64,000 nt of DNA. Origin: Podospora anserina. Its lineage: Eukaryota. The position numbers and the translations under genes were made by a program. Below are positions 24,661 through 36,293 of this stretch, one piece after another. The notes below the pieces were generated by a model. That model saw nothing but the letters and a program-made list of their open reading frames with translations. It did not search any database and was not told where the DNA came from. Location of the stretch: positions 1-64,000 of the forward strand of contig CM030338.1 of assembly GCA_017654855.1 (NCBI GenBank), in the 5' to 3' direction. Position 1 is the first letter of the stretch. Every line of letters begins with the position of its first letter.

Positions 24661-25321
24661 CTAGGCCAAGGTTCTGGCCAAAGCGCGGACCTGTTCGTGC
24701 AGTTGAGACTCCCTAGGCGAGTTCTTCAAAACCTTCTCCAACAAATGGTTGACCTGCAGGCCTGCAGCCCGCGGAGGATTGCCCTGGGCAGTCTGGATTC
24801 TCGAGATTTGGAATTGAAGAAAGAACTTGGGGACTTTGATCGCCAAATTCCCGTTGACGCTTCTGATGCCAGCTTCGGTGGCGATGTAGACGTCCAACTG
24901 TCGCTGGAATTGTGCGAGGTTGGCGGAACGAAGTGGTGTCGGAGTCGCGAATCTGCTCAGGGCAAACTGCAATGGGGCTTGGGAAGAGGTGGCAAAGTTG
25001 ATGGAAGAGAAGGAGACGCCATCAGAGGTTACATCGGGGACGTTGGATAATGTTCGGCGGCTATTGTTGCAGGTGATGCGTGGACGGAGCTGGTTGACAA
25101 AGTCTGATGTTTCCTTGGGGAGAACGGTGTTGCCGATTATAAAACAAGCACTGCCAGCTTGTCTAGAGCTGAGCTCGGAAGCCGCTGGAATGGCAAGATC
25201 GGAGACGATGGGAGCTGTTTGTTACTGTGTTAGCTAAGGGGCTTTTTCAGATGCAATCCATCTTCAACGTACCGGCAGAGACAAGCCCAGCTCCAATAGC
25301 AAGAAGACCGAAGAATCTCAT
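24661..25321 (-). CDS. Small secreted protein of unknown function
   Basis: Signal peptide MRFFGLLAIGAGLVSA; intron ~25215-25272 (GTACGT...CTAAC...CAG); continuous frame to ...IKVPKFFLQFQISRI...ARTLA*. Confidence 0.8.
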
Positions 25322-25753
25322 TGTTGCGATTCGGTGTTGATGAAAGTGAGAAGTTGCAAAGTAAACAAATACAACAAACAAATTGAATAGGACGCAAGCG
25401 CCGGGATTTTGAAGAAACAAACAAAAAAATCGAGTCAAAAAGAACGATGCAGCCAGCCACAGTGAGGATCAGATCTACAACCGGGGCAGATCAAGCATCC
25501 TAAATACAATCCGAACCCTGTGTCTCGGTGGAGCCATCAACCCAACGACGAGAATCCAAACTCTGGCTCACGCGCCAATGCCACCGGAGCAGTCTCCAAC
25601 AAGTCTAGCGCTGTACTCTGAGCCCCAGACAGGGGTCGGTTCAGGGGTTTTGGCGATGACCTCAAACTTTTGCGGGGCCGTTTCATCCCTTCTTCCCCTT
25701 TTGCTTCCAGAAATACCACCATGACAACTTCGTAAACGATTCCTGCAAGAAGT

Positions 25754-26667
25754 TCAGATGGTGAAAAGGGGAACCCATTGAAACACAAAGTAGACCCAAA
25801 ACAGCGCGTTTTTGCCTTGGCGAGGTTGGCCCAGTGTGTTGCCAGTGACGATCACGGGCCCATAGTCAGCAAGCCAAAACCACCCCAACGCGCACACCAG
25901 ACCGGCGAAGAAAAAGACGTAGACGCTGAATGGTTTTATCCCTCCCGTCTTAGGTGTGCTGCTGCGACACATTAAAAAGAACGAGACGACAGCAATCACA
26001 CCTCCTCCGATTCCCATCACGGCGATAATGATGATGCCAGGATCAGACCACTGCCATTCGGAATCATCAATGCGCTTGCTACCTGATATTATTCATTAGC
26101 GAATGAACCATCAAAAGGGCAACAAGGAAAGGGAAGCCCACCCGTCATATGAGCAAGCATTTGACTCGACAACAAACCAGCAACGCACAGAACGCAAACC
26201 CAGCCAGCCAATTGAACCATCAGACCCCTCCTTTCTCTATTAAAATATCGCTGAATTATAACTGCGTCCATGACCAAGCCAAATATTATGTGCATGGCTA
26301 ACAGCATCACCAACGCACGCGATTCTCGAACTTCGGACGCGTTGAGAGCGGCGAGAGTGACTGTCACGATTGCCATGCAGCTGGTGATAATGACATCGAT
26401 GAGGTGTTGACTGAGGTACTTCCACGGCATCAAGGGTATGCGGCCAAAAAGGTGACAGACTAGAGTGTACACCATAATGATGTGGGAAATGGCACCGAGA
26501 ACGCCATACGGGACGTTGTACTGGTCAAAGAGCTGCTCAATTTGGGGATCAAAGTCTCCCCGAGGTCCATCGTTTCGAATGTCGAGAGGGAATGCCGAGG
26601 CGATTGAAAGAAACGATCCAAACACCAGAATCTTTGCGAGGATAGCCTTCCAAGTAAACAAAAACAT
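25754..26667 (-). CDS. Multi-pass membrane protein of unknown function
   Basis: Signal-like N-terminus MFLFTWKAILAKILVFGSFLSIASA and several hydrophobic helices. One intron ~26085-26141 links to ORF 25754-26020, which ends WVYFVFQWVPLFTI*. Confidence 0.7.
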
Positions 26668-27994
26668 GATGACGGGTCGCTGATATTCGGGGTGGCACCA
26701 GGAGGCGGACTGGAACTGTCTGTCCTCACATACCTTTCGTATCTGAATTCGTTGACAATCAGACATTTATTGAACATTTGTCTCCCCTGAAGCTTCATTG
26801 GAAAGTGCCATTCCAAATTTAAAGTTCGGTTTCACTTGAGCTCATCGCGCTTATTTTTCCCTTTTCCATTTGTGCGTTGAGTTGTGGCTTGCATTTATTG
26901 AGCTTGGCATCCTATGCGCTACCTGAGCCAACCACAATTTGACCACACTATTGTTAGAGTTACGTTTACATTGATTCAAAGCTGGTATTCTGGCTTCTTT
27001 GTGCATTATGTGGTGGCAGACATTGAGTGATGAAGCCCAATGCCACAATTGTCCAGATGTATCCCCTATCGGTGATGTATTTCCAGTACGTAGAAGGATG
27101 TGAGCGTTCTTCTTGTTTGGCCATTTTATATATCATTTGAGGTATTGAAATATCTCCAAATGCATCATGTCTTGTTTTTATGATAGGCACGCTGAATTGT
27201 CAGAGAATCAGGTACTTGCCATCCTAGTTCCAGAGCCTTGCTGGATAACCAGATCTTAACCAGCATTCTCTTTGCCAATGGACCACAAAAGCATGCCGAA
27301 GTTGCGATGAATCCCATCTTTAAAACTTCAGCTATCGAGGACGTTGGTGGAATCAAGTATGCCCCCTTGTCATCAAGTGATTTCTCGTGTACGGAAATGT
27401 GCAACGACTGCAACTCCAAAAGTAGCTTAACAATAAAACTGAGACTTGGCTTGCTATTTGCTACCTCCAAAAACGATGGATGACGTGATGACATATGTGC
27501 GTGCACAAGCACGTGCCGTGCCTCTCGACATTGGGATGACGCATTGCGTGCAACCCAAGATCGCAGCGGGGTAAGAATGCTACGTCCATTGTTTATCAAC
27601 CAGCGACCACAGAAGCTGTTGGTTGGACTGTTCTCCTCTACTTCCCCTCTGATCCGGTTGGCTGGAACGCCGCAATAGGAAGGTCCAAGGAATAGTTCAT
27701 CTTGATCATGGCAGCCCACGCCATGGCATCATTCGTCATCTTGCCCCAGACTGGAAGCTGGCTTGTAGCTGCGTCTTGCAGCATCACAAGAGTCCGGTCC
27801 GTCCACTCAGATTAACTCACCAACGGTGACAAGGACCAAGTCTGGGATAGTTGATTTCGACAACATGCAATACATCACGTCTCGCGGTAACTGGCATGCA
27901 ATGCTGCAGCTCTGTTGGGAGGCATCCGGCGATATATCATGACTGGCTTCTCCCACCGCCCTGGACTTGGGTCTTGTTCCGCAGTCGCTCTGTC

Positions 27995-30205
27995 ATGATG
28001 CTGGTCAAATATCACTTCACGGTCGGGTTCGCTCTCTCGTTCTCGTCGTTGGCATCCGCCTGCCTTCGCGAGTTCAACTCGGAGCATGTCCACACCCATC
28101 GCAAACCCATACTGCGAAGACAAGCGGTGTGGCCACCTGTCTTGACTGAGCAAGAGACGATCTTGTCCAACTCTTTTGATGCCAACAGCATCGATGACTG
28201 GGCGAAATATTACGGCAATCAAGTCAAGTTGGCTGGTTTGGGGCGTGAGGCCGCCGAGTGGACCAGAGACCGTTGGGCAGAGAACAACTTCACGTCTGCG
28301 TTGAAAGAGTATCATGTGTATCTCAGCTACCCAGTACGCCAGTCTCTGGCCATCGCTTACAGCAACGGGACAAGAGCGGAAGTCCACGTCCAAGAGCCCG
28401 CCCTGGCAGAGGACCCAGTGACGGGACGGGAGGATGCAATCTCGAACTTCCATGGATACTCAGCCTCCGGTAACGCCACTGCCGAATATGTTTATGTTGG
28501 GTAAGTCTGACATCTCCACTTCTGCTTGCTCAGGTGTGCTAAAAGCTGTGGCAGACGGGGAACGCACGCCGACTTTACTCGCCTCGTGGAACTGGGGGTT
28601 GAGCTGGAGGGCAAGATCGCATTAATCAGATACGGCTCCATCTTTCGGGGTTTGAAGGTCAAGAATGCGCAGGACCACGGCATGATCGGTGCCATCATTT
28701 TCACCGATCCTGGTGATGACGGAAACGTCACCGTTGCCAACGGCTATGAAGCGTACCCCCATGGACCCGCCAGACACCCTGACGCTGTGCAGAAAGGGTC
28801 AGTTCTCTTTCTCTCCACCTATCCTGGCGACCCAACCACTCCGGGCTATCCCTCTGTTGAGGGAGCACCACGTGCAGACACATCCTCCGTCACTCCCCAG
28901 ATTCCCTCTCTGCCCATATCCTATGCTGCTGTCCTCCCACTGCTGCAAGCTCTCGACGGCCATGGTTTGGAGGCAAGCCAAGTCAACCGCACCGCTTGGA
29001 TGGGTGCACTGGACGCCGAATACCGCACTGGACCTGCACCTGGTGTGACGCTGTCCCTTGAGAATCTCATGGAGGGCAAAATCACGCCAATCTGGAATGT
29101 GATTGGCTACATCAATGGGACGAATCCAGATGAGACTCTGGTAATTGGCAACCACCGGGATACCTGGATGATTGGTGGTACGGGAGACCCTAACTCGGGT
29201 TCCGCCATACTCGCAGAGTTGGCCAGAGCATTTGCCAAGCTTACTGCCACGGGGTGGAAGCCGCGCCGAAATATTGTTCTGGCGTCGTGGGACGCGGAAG
29301 AGTACGGTCTTGTTGGGTCGACAGAATGGGTGGAGGAGCACGTCAACTGGCTCACGGAAACTGCGGTGGCATACCTCAACATCGATGTTGCCGTGAGCGG
29401 GCCGAGGCCCAGTCTGGATGCGACGCCAGAACTTCACACCATTGGAACAGAAATCATGAAGAAGGTCGTTCACCCCAATGCGGGTGGCTTCAACATTTCC
29501 CTCTATGACGCCTGGCAGAGAGAGTCGAGCACGGGATCCGGCCGTCACGTTGGCGTCCTGGGAAGCGGCAGCGACTACACTACCTTTCTGCATAGAGGTG
29601 TAAGCGCATTGGATGTTGGCTCAAGCGGCGGTGCTGGAGATCCCATCTGGCATTACCACAGCAACTACGACTCTTACAACTGGATGTCCAAATTTGGAGA
29701 CCCGGGATTCAAGGTGCATGCTGCCATGGGTCAGTATCTGAGCTTGCTCGCGCTGCACATTGCGGATGATGAAATCTTGCCCTTCGATCTCCCCAACTAT
29801 ACCGAAGAGCTAAGAGGGTATTATGAGGATTTGAGAGACTTGATCGGGGATGAGACCCTCGACACTTCCGAACTGGCCGCCGCGATTGACGTTTTTGAGA
29901 AGAGTGCCAAGCAGGTTAAGGAGCTGGAGACTTTGGCCAAGACATGGAAGGATGAAAACTTGATCAAGGTGGTCAATAAGAAGTATCGAGACTTCCAGCG
30001 CGGATTTGTATCGCAGGGAGGATTGCCCAATCGCGAGTTTTACCGTCATGTGGTGACAGCCCCTGGGCTAGACACAGGGTACGCCGCCATTACCTTCCCT
30101 GGCGTGTCCGAGGGAGTGCAGTACGGGAATCTAACCGTCGCCGCTGAGTGGGTGTCCAAAACTGCCCAAGGCATTCTGCGGGCTGCCGCCATTCTCAAGA
30201 CTTGA
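27995..30205 (+). CDS. Glutamate carboxypeptidase II-like M28 peptidase (PA + M28 + transferrin-receptor-like dimerisation domain)
   Basis: Signal peptide; intron 28501-28554; motifs GNHRDTW, DPNSG, WDAEEYGLVGSTEW, YLNID, GSDY and HYHSNYDS. Confidence 0.93.
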
Positions 30206-30448
30206 AACCATACATGTAGCTGTACCATAATATGTAGGGTGTGAATAAATCTGACACTGTTTGGCTTGTGCTCTCTGCCCGTCCAATGAGACACTGGCGT
30301 TGGTTGCTTGGTGATTCCAAGACTTCCTTGGCAGTCTTGAGAAAACAACCCCTCCAGGCAACCAACACCATCTCACGTTCAGTTTTTTCTGACACGTCCA
30401 GAACACCAAACTCTGGTTTCTGACTCTTGACAGTCTTGCACATCCATC

Positions 30449-31731
30449 ATGGCAAATTCAGCTCCCAAAGTGGCCGAAGCCGAACGATTCGAAACGGACC
30501 GGGCGATTTCGCTCAAGGCCAAAGACATTGCCAACCTGATCAAGCACAGCAAGCATTTTATTGTCTTCACCGGTGCGGGCGTCTCGACTTCTGCAGGTAA
30601 TTGCCGCCCCGTTTACTTCGTGTTTCGAGACACATTCTGACATGATCAAATCCCAGGGATTCCCGACTTTCGTGGTCCAGATGGCGTGTGGACTTTGCGA
30701 AAGCAGAAACGCGACGCGCCGTCCAAGGCCACTAGCACGCTGCAAGCCATCCCCACTCCGACACACATGGCACTTGTCAAGCTTCAAAACAGGGGACTTC
30801 TCAAGTACCTTGTGAGCCAGAACTGTGATGGGCTGCATCGTAAAAGTGGTATCGCGCCTGAGATGATCTCGGAGCTGCATGGGAACAGTAATAGGGAGTA
30901 CTGTCGTGACTGTGGAAAGGAATACATTCGAGACTTTCGGGCTGTTGCACCTTACACCAAGACAGTCACAGACCACCGCACTGGCCGCAAGTGCAGCATG
31001 CCGGGCTGCAATGGTGTTCTTCTTGACACCATCATCAACTTTGGCGAGTGTTTATTTGAGCAACCTTTGAAGCTGGCGAGAGAACATGGCAAGAAGGCCG
31101 ATTTCTGTCTAGTCCTCGGATCAAGCTTGACGGTGCCTCCCGCTTGCACCATCCCTGAGATCGCAGGCAAGAGCAAAAGGGGGAAGCTGGGAATCTGCAA
31201 CCTGCAAAGCACACCGCTGGATCATCTTGTGGACGGGGAAAGCATGAGGGTTTTTGCGAGGACCGATGATCTCATGATTGCTGTAATGGGTCATCTATGT
31301 CTAGAAATCCCCCAGTTCGTGCTAAGGAGGCAACTGACAGTGAAGGTGGTAATGGGGGAGAGGGATAGAAACCAAGTCATCCTGCAAGGAGTTGACGTGG
31401 ACGGAACCCCAAGCACTTTTCTCAAAAGCGTCAGGTTGGAGGGCAGCAGACGACCCGCAGTGACAGAGCCCTTTACGCTGAGTTTCCGCATGGATGGACA
31501 GGAAGAGCTTCGATTGAAACTCGAGCTGGAATTCATGGGAAATTACCTGGAGCCTAACGTTGAGATTGTGCACTCAACCCAATGCTCTGAGCGTCTTTAC
31601 TTGCTAGAGTACAGTCCGTATACAAGGGAGTGGCAGGTTGTGGCAAAAGATTACTGTGAGTTGTCTGAAGTCCCTACCTTCCTTGACTTCACGGAGATTG
31701 GTGCTAACGGGCCTTGATTCTCACGACAGAA
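30449..31731 (+). CDS. NAD-dependent deacylase, sirtuin (SIRT6/7-like class) with C-terminal extension
   Basis: FTGAGVSTSAG|IPDFRG across intron 30597-30656; SQNCDGLH, ELHGN, CxxC...CxxxxC and LVLGSSL. A probable last intron 31656-31729 would create a TAA stop at 31731 (the unspliced ORF ends at 31717). Confidence 0.9.
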
Positions 31732-32248
31732 TACAAACATCTGAATCTGAGTTCCATGGCTGACGTTTTATCTACGAAATCAAGACCTTTGCCATGTTCA
31801 CAACATCAGGAGTTGGCATTGTACATCTCATCGGGCTAGCAGCCCGACCGTCCGATCAGTGATACTTGGCTTTACCACATTCAGGAAAGCACTCGGTTTG
31901 TTAGTTTCTCGGCAGTTGACTGGGATACTCAGTTGGGTTTTTAATTGGGGCGCTTCCGGATCGGTCTCTTGGGAGCTATGGCTGCTATCCTGTCAAGCAA
32001 CCCGGAACAGGCGTCAGCTGCTCACCCCAGGCGGGGCTCTCTCCGATGCCGGCCTCAGTCACGGAGAGAATATCGATGACTAGGGGCTTTGGATGCAACA
32101 AGAGACCACTAAAAGTATCATTTGACATGGCTGTGACGACAAACCGCAGGTGTTGATATTGGAATTCCTCGGTCCCTTAGCTGCCCGGTCATCGCATCGC
32201 CTTCACCTCTCAACACATCAACACCTGCCCGTGCAGACAAGCCCAACC

Positions 32249-33043
32249 ATGTACGACCATCACAAAGCATCCATCGCCAAGATAACCGCCTACTTCGAGG
32301 CGGACCCTACAGTGATGGGGTTGATCCTCACGGGTTCAATAGCCCACGGTTTCGACCGTGCTGACTCTGACGTCGACGTCTTAATTGTCGTTTCAGATGA
32401 TGATTTTGCCCGGCGTCTGGAGACAGGGAACCTCACCATGGTCAGTCCCGATTTGTGTACATACGAGGGCGGCTTCGTGGACGCCAAATACACATGCTTG
32501 TCCCTGATCAACCAAACCGCCGAAAAGGGAAGCGAGCCTGCGCGATGGGCATATGACGGCGCCCAGGTCCTCTTCAGTCGCTTCGATCCTCCCAATATTC
32601 TACGGAACGCTATCAAGAACATTGCATCGTACCAGACAGAGGGGAAAGAGAATCGCATAATGAGATTCAGGGTCCAGCTGCAGATTTGGAGATGGTACTG
32701 TTCGGAAGGCAGGAAGAAGAACAACCCGTACTTGTTGAACCTAGCCGCCTCGAAGCTAGTGTTGTTTGGTGGTCGGCTCATCTTAGCACACAATGAGATG
32801 CTTTACCCGTTTCACAAGTGGTTTCTCAGGTTGTTGGGAGATGCGCCAGAGAAACCCGAGGGCTTTATGGATCTGGTGGATAGGGTGATCAGGGACCCGA
32901 CAGAAGCAAACACTGAGCATTTCTTTGAGGTGGTTGCGAACTGGAAAGAATGGGCTACTGGTCCTAACAGGCCAGGAGCACTTTACATGGTTGACAGTGA
33001 GCTGAATTGGCTATATCTGCAGACGCCTGTGGATGACCTTTAG
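32249..33043 (+). CDS. Pol-beta-superfamily nucleotidyltransferase-domain protein (intronless)
   Basis: 264-aa ORF from MYDHHKAS; hG[S]x8DxDh signature LTGSIAHGFDRADSDVDVLIV; third Asp in GFVDAKY; helical C-terminal half. Confidence 0.85.
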   Translation: MYDHHKASIAKITAYFEADPTVMGLILTGSIAHGFDRADSDVDVLIVVSDDDFARRLETGNLTMVSPDLCTYEGGFVDAKYTCLSLINQTAEKGSEPARWAYDGAQVLFSRFDPPNILRNAIKNIASYQTEGKENRIMRFRVQLQIWRWYCSEGRKKNNPYLLNLAASKLVLFGGRLILAHNEMLYPFHKWFLRLLGDAPEKPEGFMDLVDRVIRDPTEANTEHFFEVVANWKEWATGPNRPGALYMVDSELNWLYLQTPVDDL

Positions 33044-33732
33044 TGGTGCTAGATGTTATGTCATTGTCGCTTTTCTTTTGGGTTAAAGAGTGTATCACAA
33101 TGCTCAAGTGCAACGGGAAATATCAACAAAAGAATAGTGGCTGTTGCAGCTCGGAAAAACTTGCAAACATCAGGTTGGCGGGCTTAAGGGGCTTAGGTTA
33201 CAAGTACTTACTAGTCGGGAATATAGTAAGATGCCTAGATACCGGGTAGCACTTGATTTGGTAAAGAGAATATGAAATGAGCTACTATAACGTTGCATTG
33301 TGCTCCATACTTTTAGCACATATTGAGAATATTAGTACAGGTATCACTATACTACAGTACCTTCTTATACCTCACCGAGGTACTTTGCAGTGAGAGCATA
33401 GTGATGCCACCACAAAAGAGAGTTCATGATCGTTCTCAGCTGTGCATAAAGAGCTATAGTCTTCTTTTAGCCGCAAAGCGCTGTTGCTGTCTCGTTCTTA
33501 TTGTCCAGTCTGAACAAGGCCTTGTTTTTCCTGTAGTTGTGCCTTCTGATGCTGTCAATCCCATTTTTATGGCTTGCCAAAGGATACCTACCAATCTCGA
33601 ATGCCTATATAAGTAGATAAATAGAGCTTCTCAATATCTCAACACTGCACATCTTCCACAATTACCTCTGCCCACTTTTCACAGACAGTTTCTACCAGAT
33701 TACGCATTTATTCTCCAAACACAATTTTGAGA

Positions 33733-34935
33733 ATGGCTTCTACTTTCTTCCCTGAGAGGCTTCAGGGTAGCCAACCGCCTAATCCGGAGGAGCTAATAGT
33801 TCATCAGAACTAACACGCTTTGTGGATCATCCGGCGTGAAGGGAAGGCTCCTACAGCCCAACCAACTAGGAAGACGGCAGTCAGCGCGCAGCAAATCGAC
33901 ACACTGCTCGAGCGCTACCGCACTGACAATCTTATTGATCTTCGCGAGGATTTCAGAGTGACACTGATTCTAAGAGGTCAGTTTTCCTTCATCTGCAAAA
34001 TTCGCACTGGCAAATTTTGGACAGACAGTCACTTGCCTGGTGTTACCATTCCCGCCACTGTTATTATGCGTGCAAGTCTGCCATGGGCTTCCGTACTATG
34101 GCACTGAAATTGAAGTAGCAGCCATGCTCTTTGCAAGCCGCCAAGACATTCCAGTACCACAGGTTTACTTCTTTGACTCGTCTGCGAAGAACGGTTATGG
34201 CATTGAATTCACGATTCAGGAGTTTGTCCAGGGTGAGAGGCTTGACACTAACCAAGCCCTTATCTCAGAAGCCGTAGAGTGCTGGCATCGACTGTGGAAC
34301 AGTAGTAACTTCACTCAATCCGGAAGTCTTTACTGGCATTGGAATAGCCAGCCTTTCTTCGTTGGCCCTATGGTAGACCAAGAGTTCTTTGCTCCCCGTG
34401 TGGAGAAGGTGAGTCACGAACTTCCACAGTTCAGCCCTTCCTCGGACTGGCCAAGCTACGTTGAGGTTCTCTTCAATACTAGAAGGCAGAGGGATTGGAC
34501 TAAATGTCACCAAGGCTCTCAGATCATGTCTTCACTTCCAGGTTGCCCAGTTGATGCCAACAGATTTCTAGTGAGGTTTGCTGAGATCGAGGCCATGGCT
34601 GGTTCTGTATCTGCTCTGATCTTCAAGTCAAGAATGATTCATTGGGATATGCATGAGCGTAATGTCCTGGATAAATCTGACGGTGAAAAGCTTGCTGCGG
34701 TAATCAACTGGGATGCCGTGGTCATAGAGCCTGCCGGTTTATGCCGCTCTATTGGTCCCGCCTGTGTCCTTGACCACATGTCGTCTTGGGAGTAGGCCAG
34801 GTGTCAATGGAATCTCCCAGCTGAATGGTGGGACGAAACGGCCAAGATTGTGCGAGCAGATCTTCTCTATGACATTCGTCGATTTTATGCAAAGACGGAC
34901 TAACCTCGTGGGATGCCATGACCATTGCCAGTAAT
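33733..34935 (+). pseudogene. APH/choline-kinase-like phosphotransferase pseudogene
   Basis: ATG at 33733, in-frame TAA at ~33811, frameshift at ~34087 (VIMRASLP to LPYYGTEIEVAAM). Catalytic HWDMHERNVL, degenerate VINWD (IDW expected) and TAG at 34793. 3' end approximate. Confidence 0.7.
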
Positions 34936-36293
34936 AAGAAAGTTGTAGCAATTTTGAATAAACTAACAGACTAGAAACCATATTTATGCACATCTTATTT
35001 TACTCAGACTGATGCCTCTCCCTCTATTGATGAAATGTGTCCCCGATCAGGTACGTAGCTTTCGTAAACCTACCTAGGTAGCTTGTTTGAACATTTTATC
35101 TTCTGGCCGTCTTTATCAAACTACCTAAGTAAACTCAAAAAATACCTGTAAGACCCAGCGCCACCGTTCCTGAGCGTAATATCTGCAATAAGGTGCGGTA
35201 ATTTTTCACGGCTAAGGCACAAGGCATCCGCTCCCGTTTCGAAAAATAAAGGTAAGTGCTAGTAGAAGCTACCATTCGTTGTTCTCGGCAACATCTGAAG
35301 ACAACTTTCGCCCCGTTGTGTCGTTTCTTTCCCTTTGGGCAGAGACATGCCTTGTTTTAAATATCAGATCCGTTTCCACGCTTGTTACCTTACCGTCTCC
35401 CCTCAGCAGTGGGAATATTCACTTTGGCCTCCATGTCCCGATGATGTCTTGCAACATGTCCTTCAAACATACCACCATCCGTGACAACAAAATTCCAGAA
35501 ATAGATAGACGTTCTGTTATGTGAGATTACCAACTTGTTGATACGAAGGATATCTATCTACGTGTTAATTTGGGATCGGAGAAATTTACTTCAAGTACGC
35601 GTGAGCCTGGGCACAGGTGGGCCCAGTATCCTCGCACCTTGATGGCCAGGAAGGCAAACGGTGCTCATGACTTACAGTTTTAACCCGAAAATTAGGCCAA
35701 GACCGGTATGTTGAACATCGGATATCCTCAGTTCACCTAGCAAACGCCAAATGCGATGCCCCCGTGACAGCTACTGAAAAGTCGCCTTCCTGCCACCCAC
35801 CGACGAACACTCGAAGCCACCTACACACGAAGAGTTGACGCCAAGATAACCCATCCGCCTCGGCACACATGCCACATGGCCTCAATGCCATTCCCACGTT
35901 GTCCCCCGGGTAAAATGCTACCGTTACAAGCCGACATTTAGGCAGTTGCCGGTAATGTCAGTCTACCATGTCATGGCAGCAATTGTTGGCCTTTATTGCC
36001 TGTCTTGTTGCCAACCTCCTCTACTTGATTATAGGCGGTTAATTGTCCATCCAGCTTATCGTCTTCTAGGCCACGTTGCCAGAATCAATACCAAGTCGAA
36101 CATAATGCGTCGATAGACCTTTCCATATTCTGACAAGTACCTCCAGTGGCGAGATTCTCATCGTCTCGGTCACGTCGCGCCTCTTTGTAGCAGAAAACAA
36201 TCATTGACGACAACCAGTTTGCTACGTTTCTAGAACCTCACTCTGAGCTCGCCTGCGTCTTCCTCAACACGCTGTTCTGTTGTCTTTCACAAC

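Noticed and set aside
25537-25788. Extra exon or ORF downstream of the membrane protein gene
   Set aside because: The membrane protein frame ends naturally at 25754 and I see no splice support for a continuation.
28799-29593. Long antisense ORFs over real genes (this one, and others such as 42788-43576 and 53629-54408)
   Set aside because: Shadow ORFs expected from codon bias on the opposite strand of well-supported genes.
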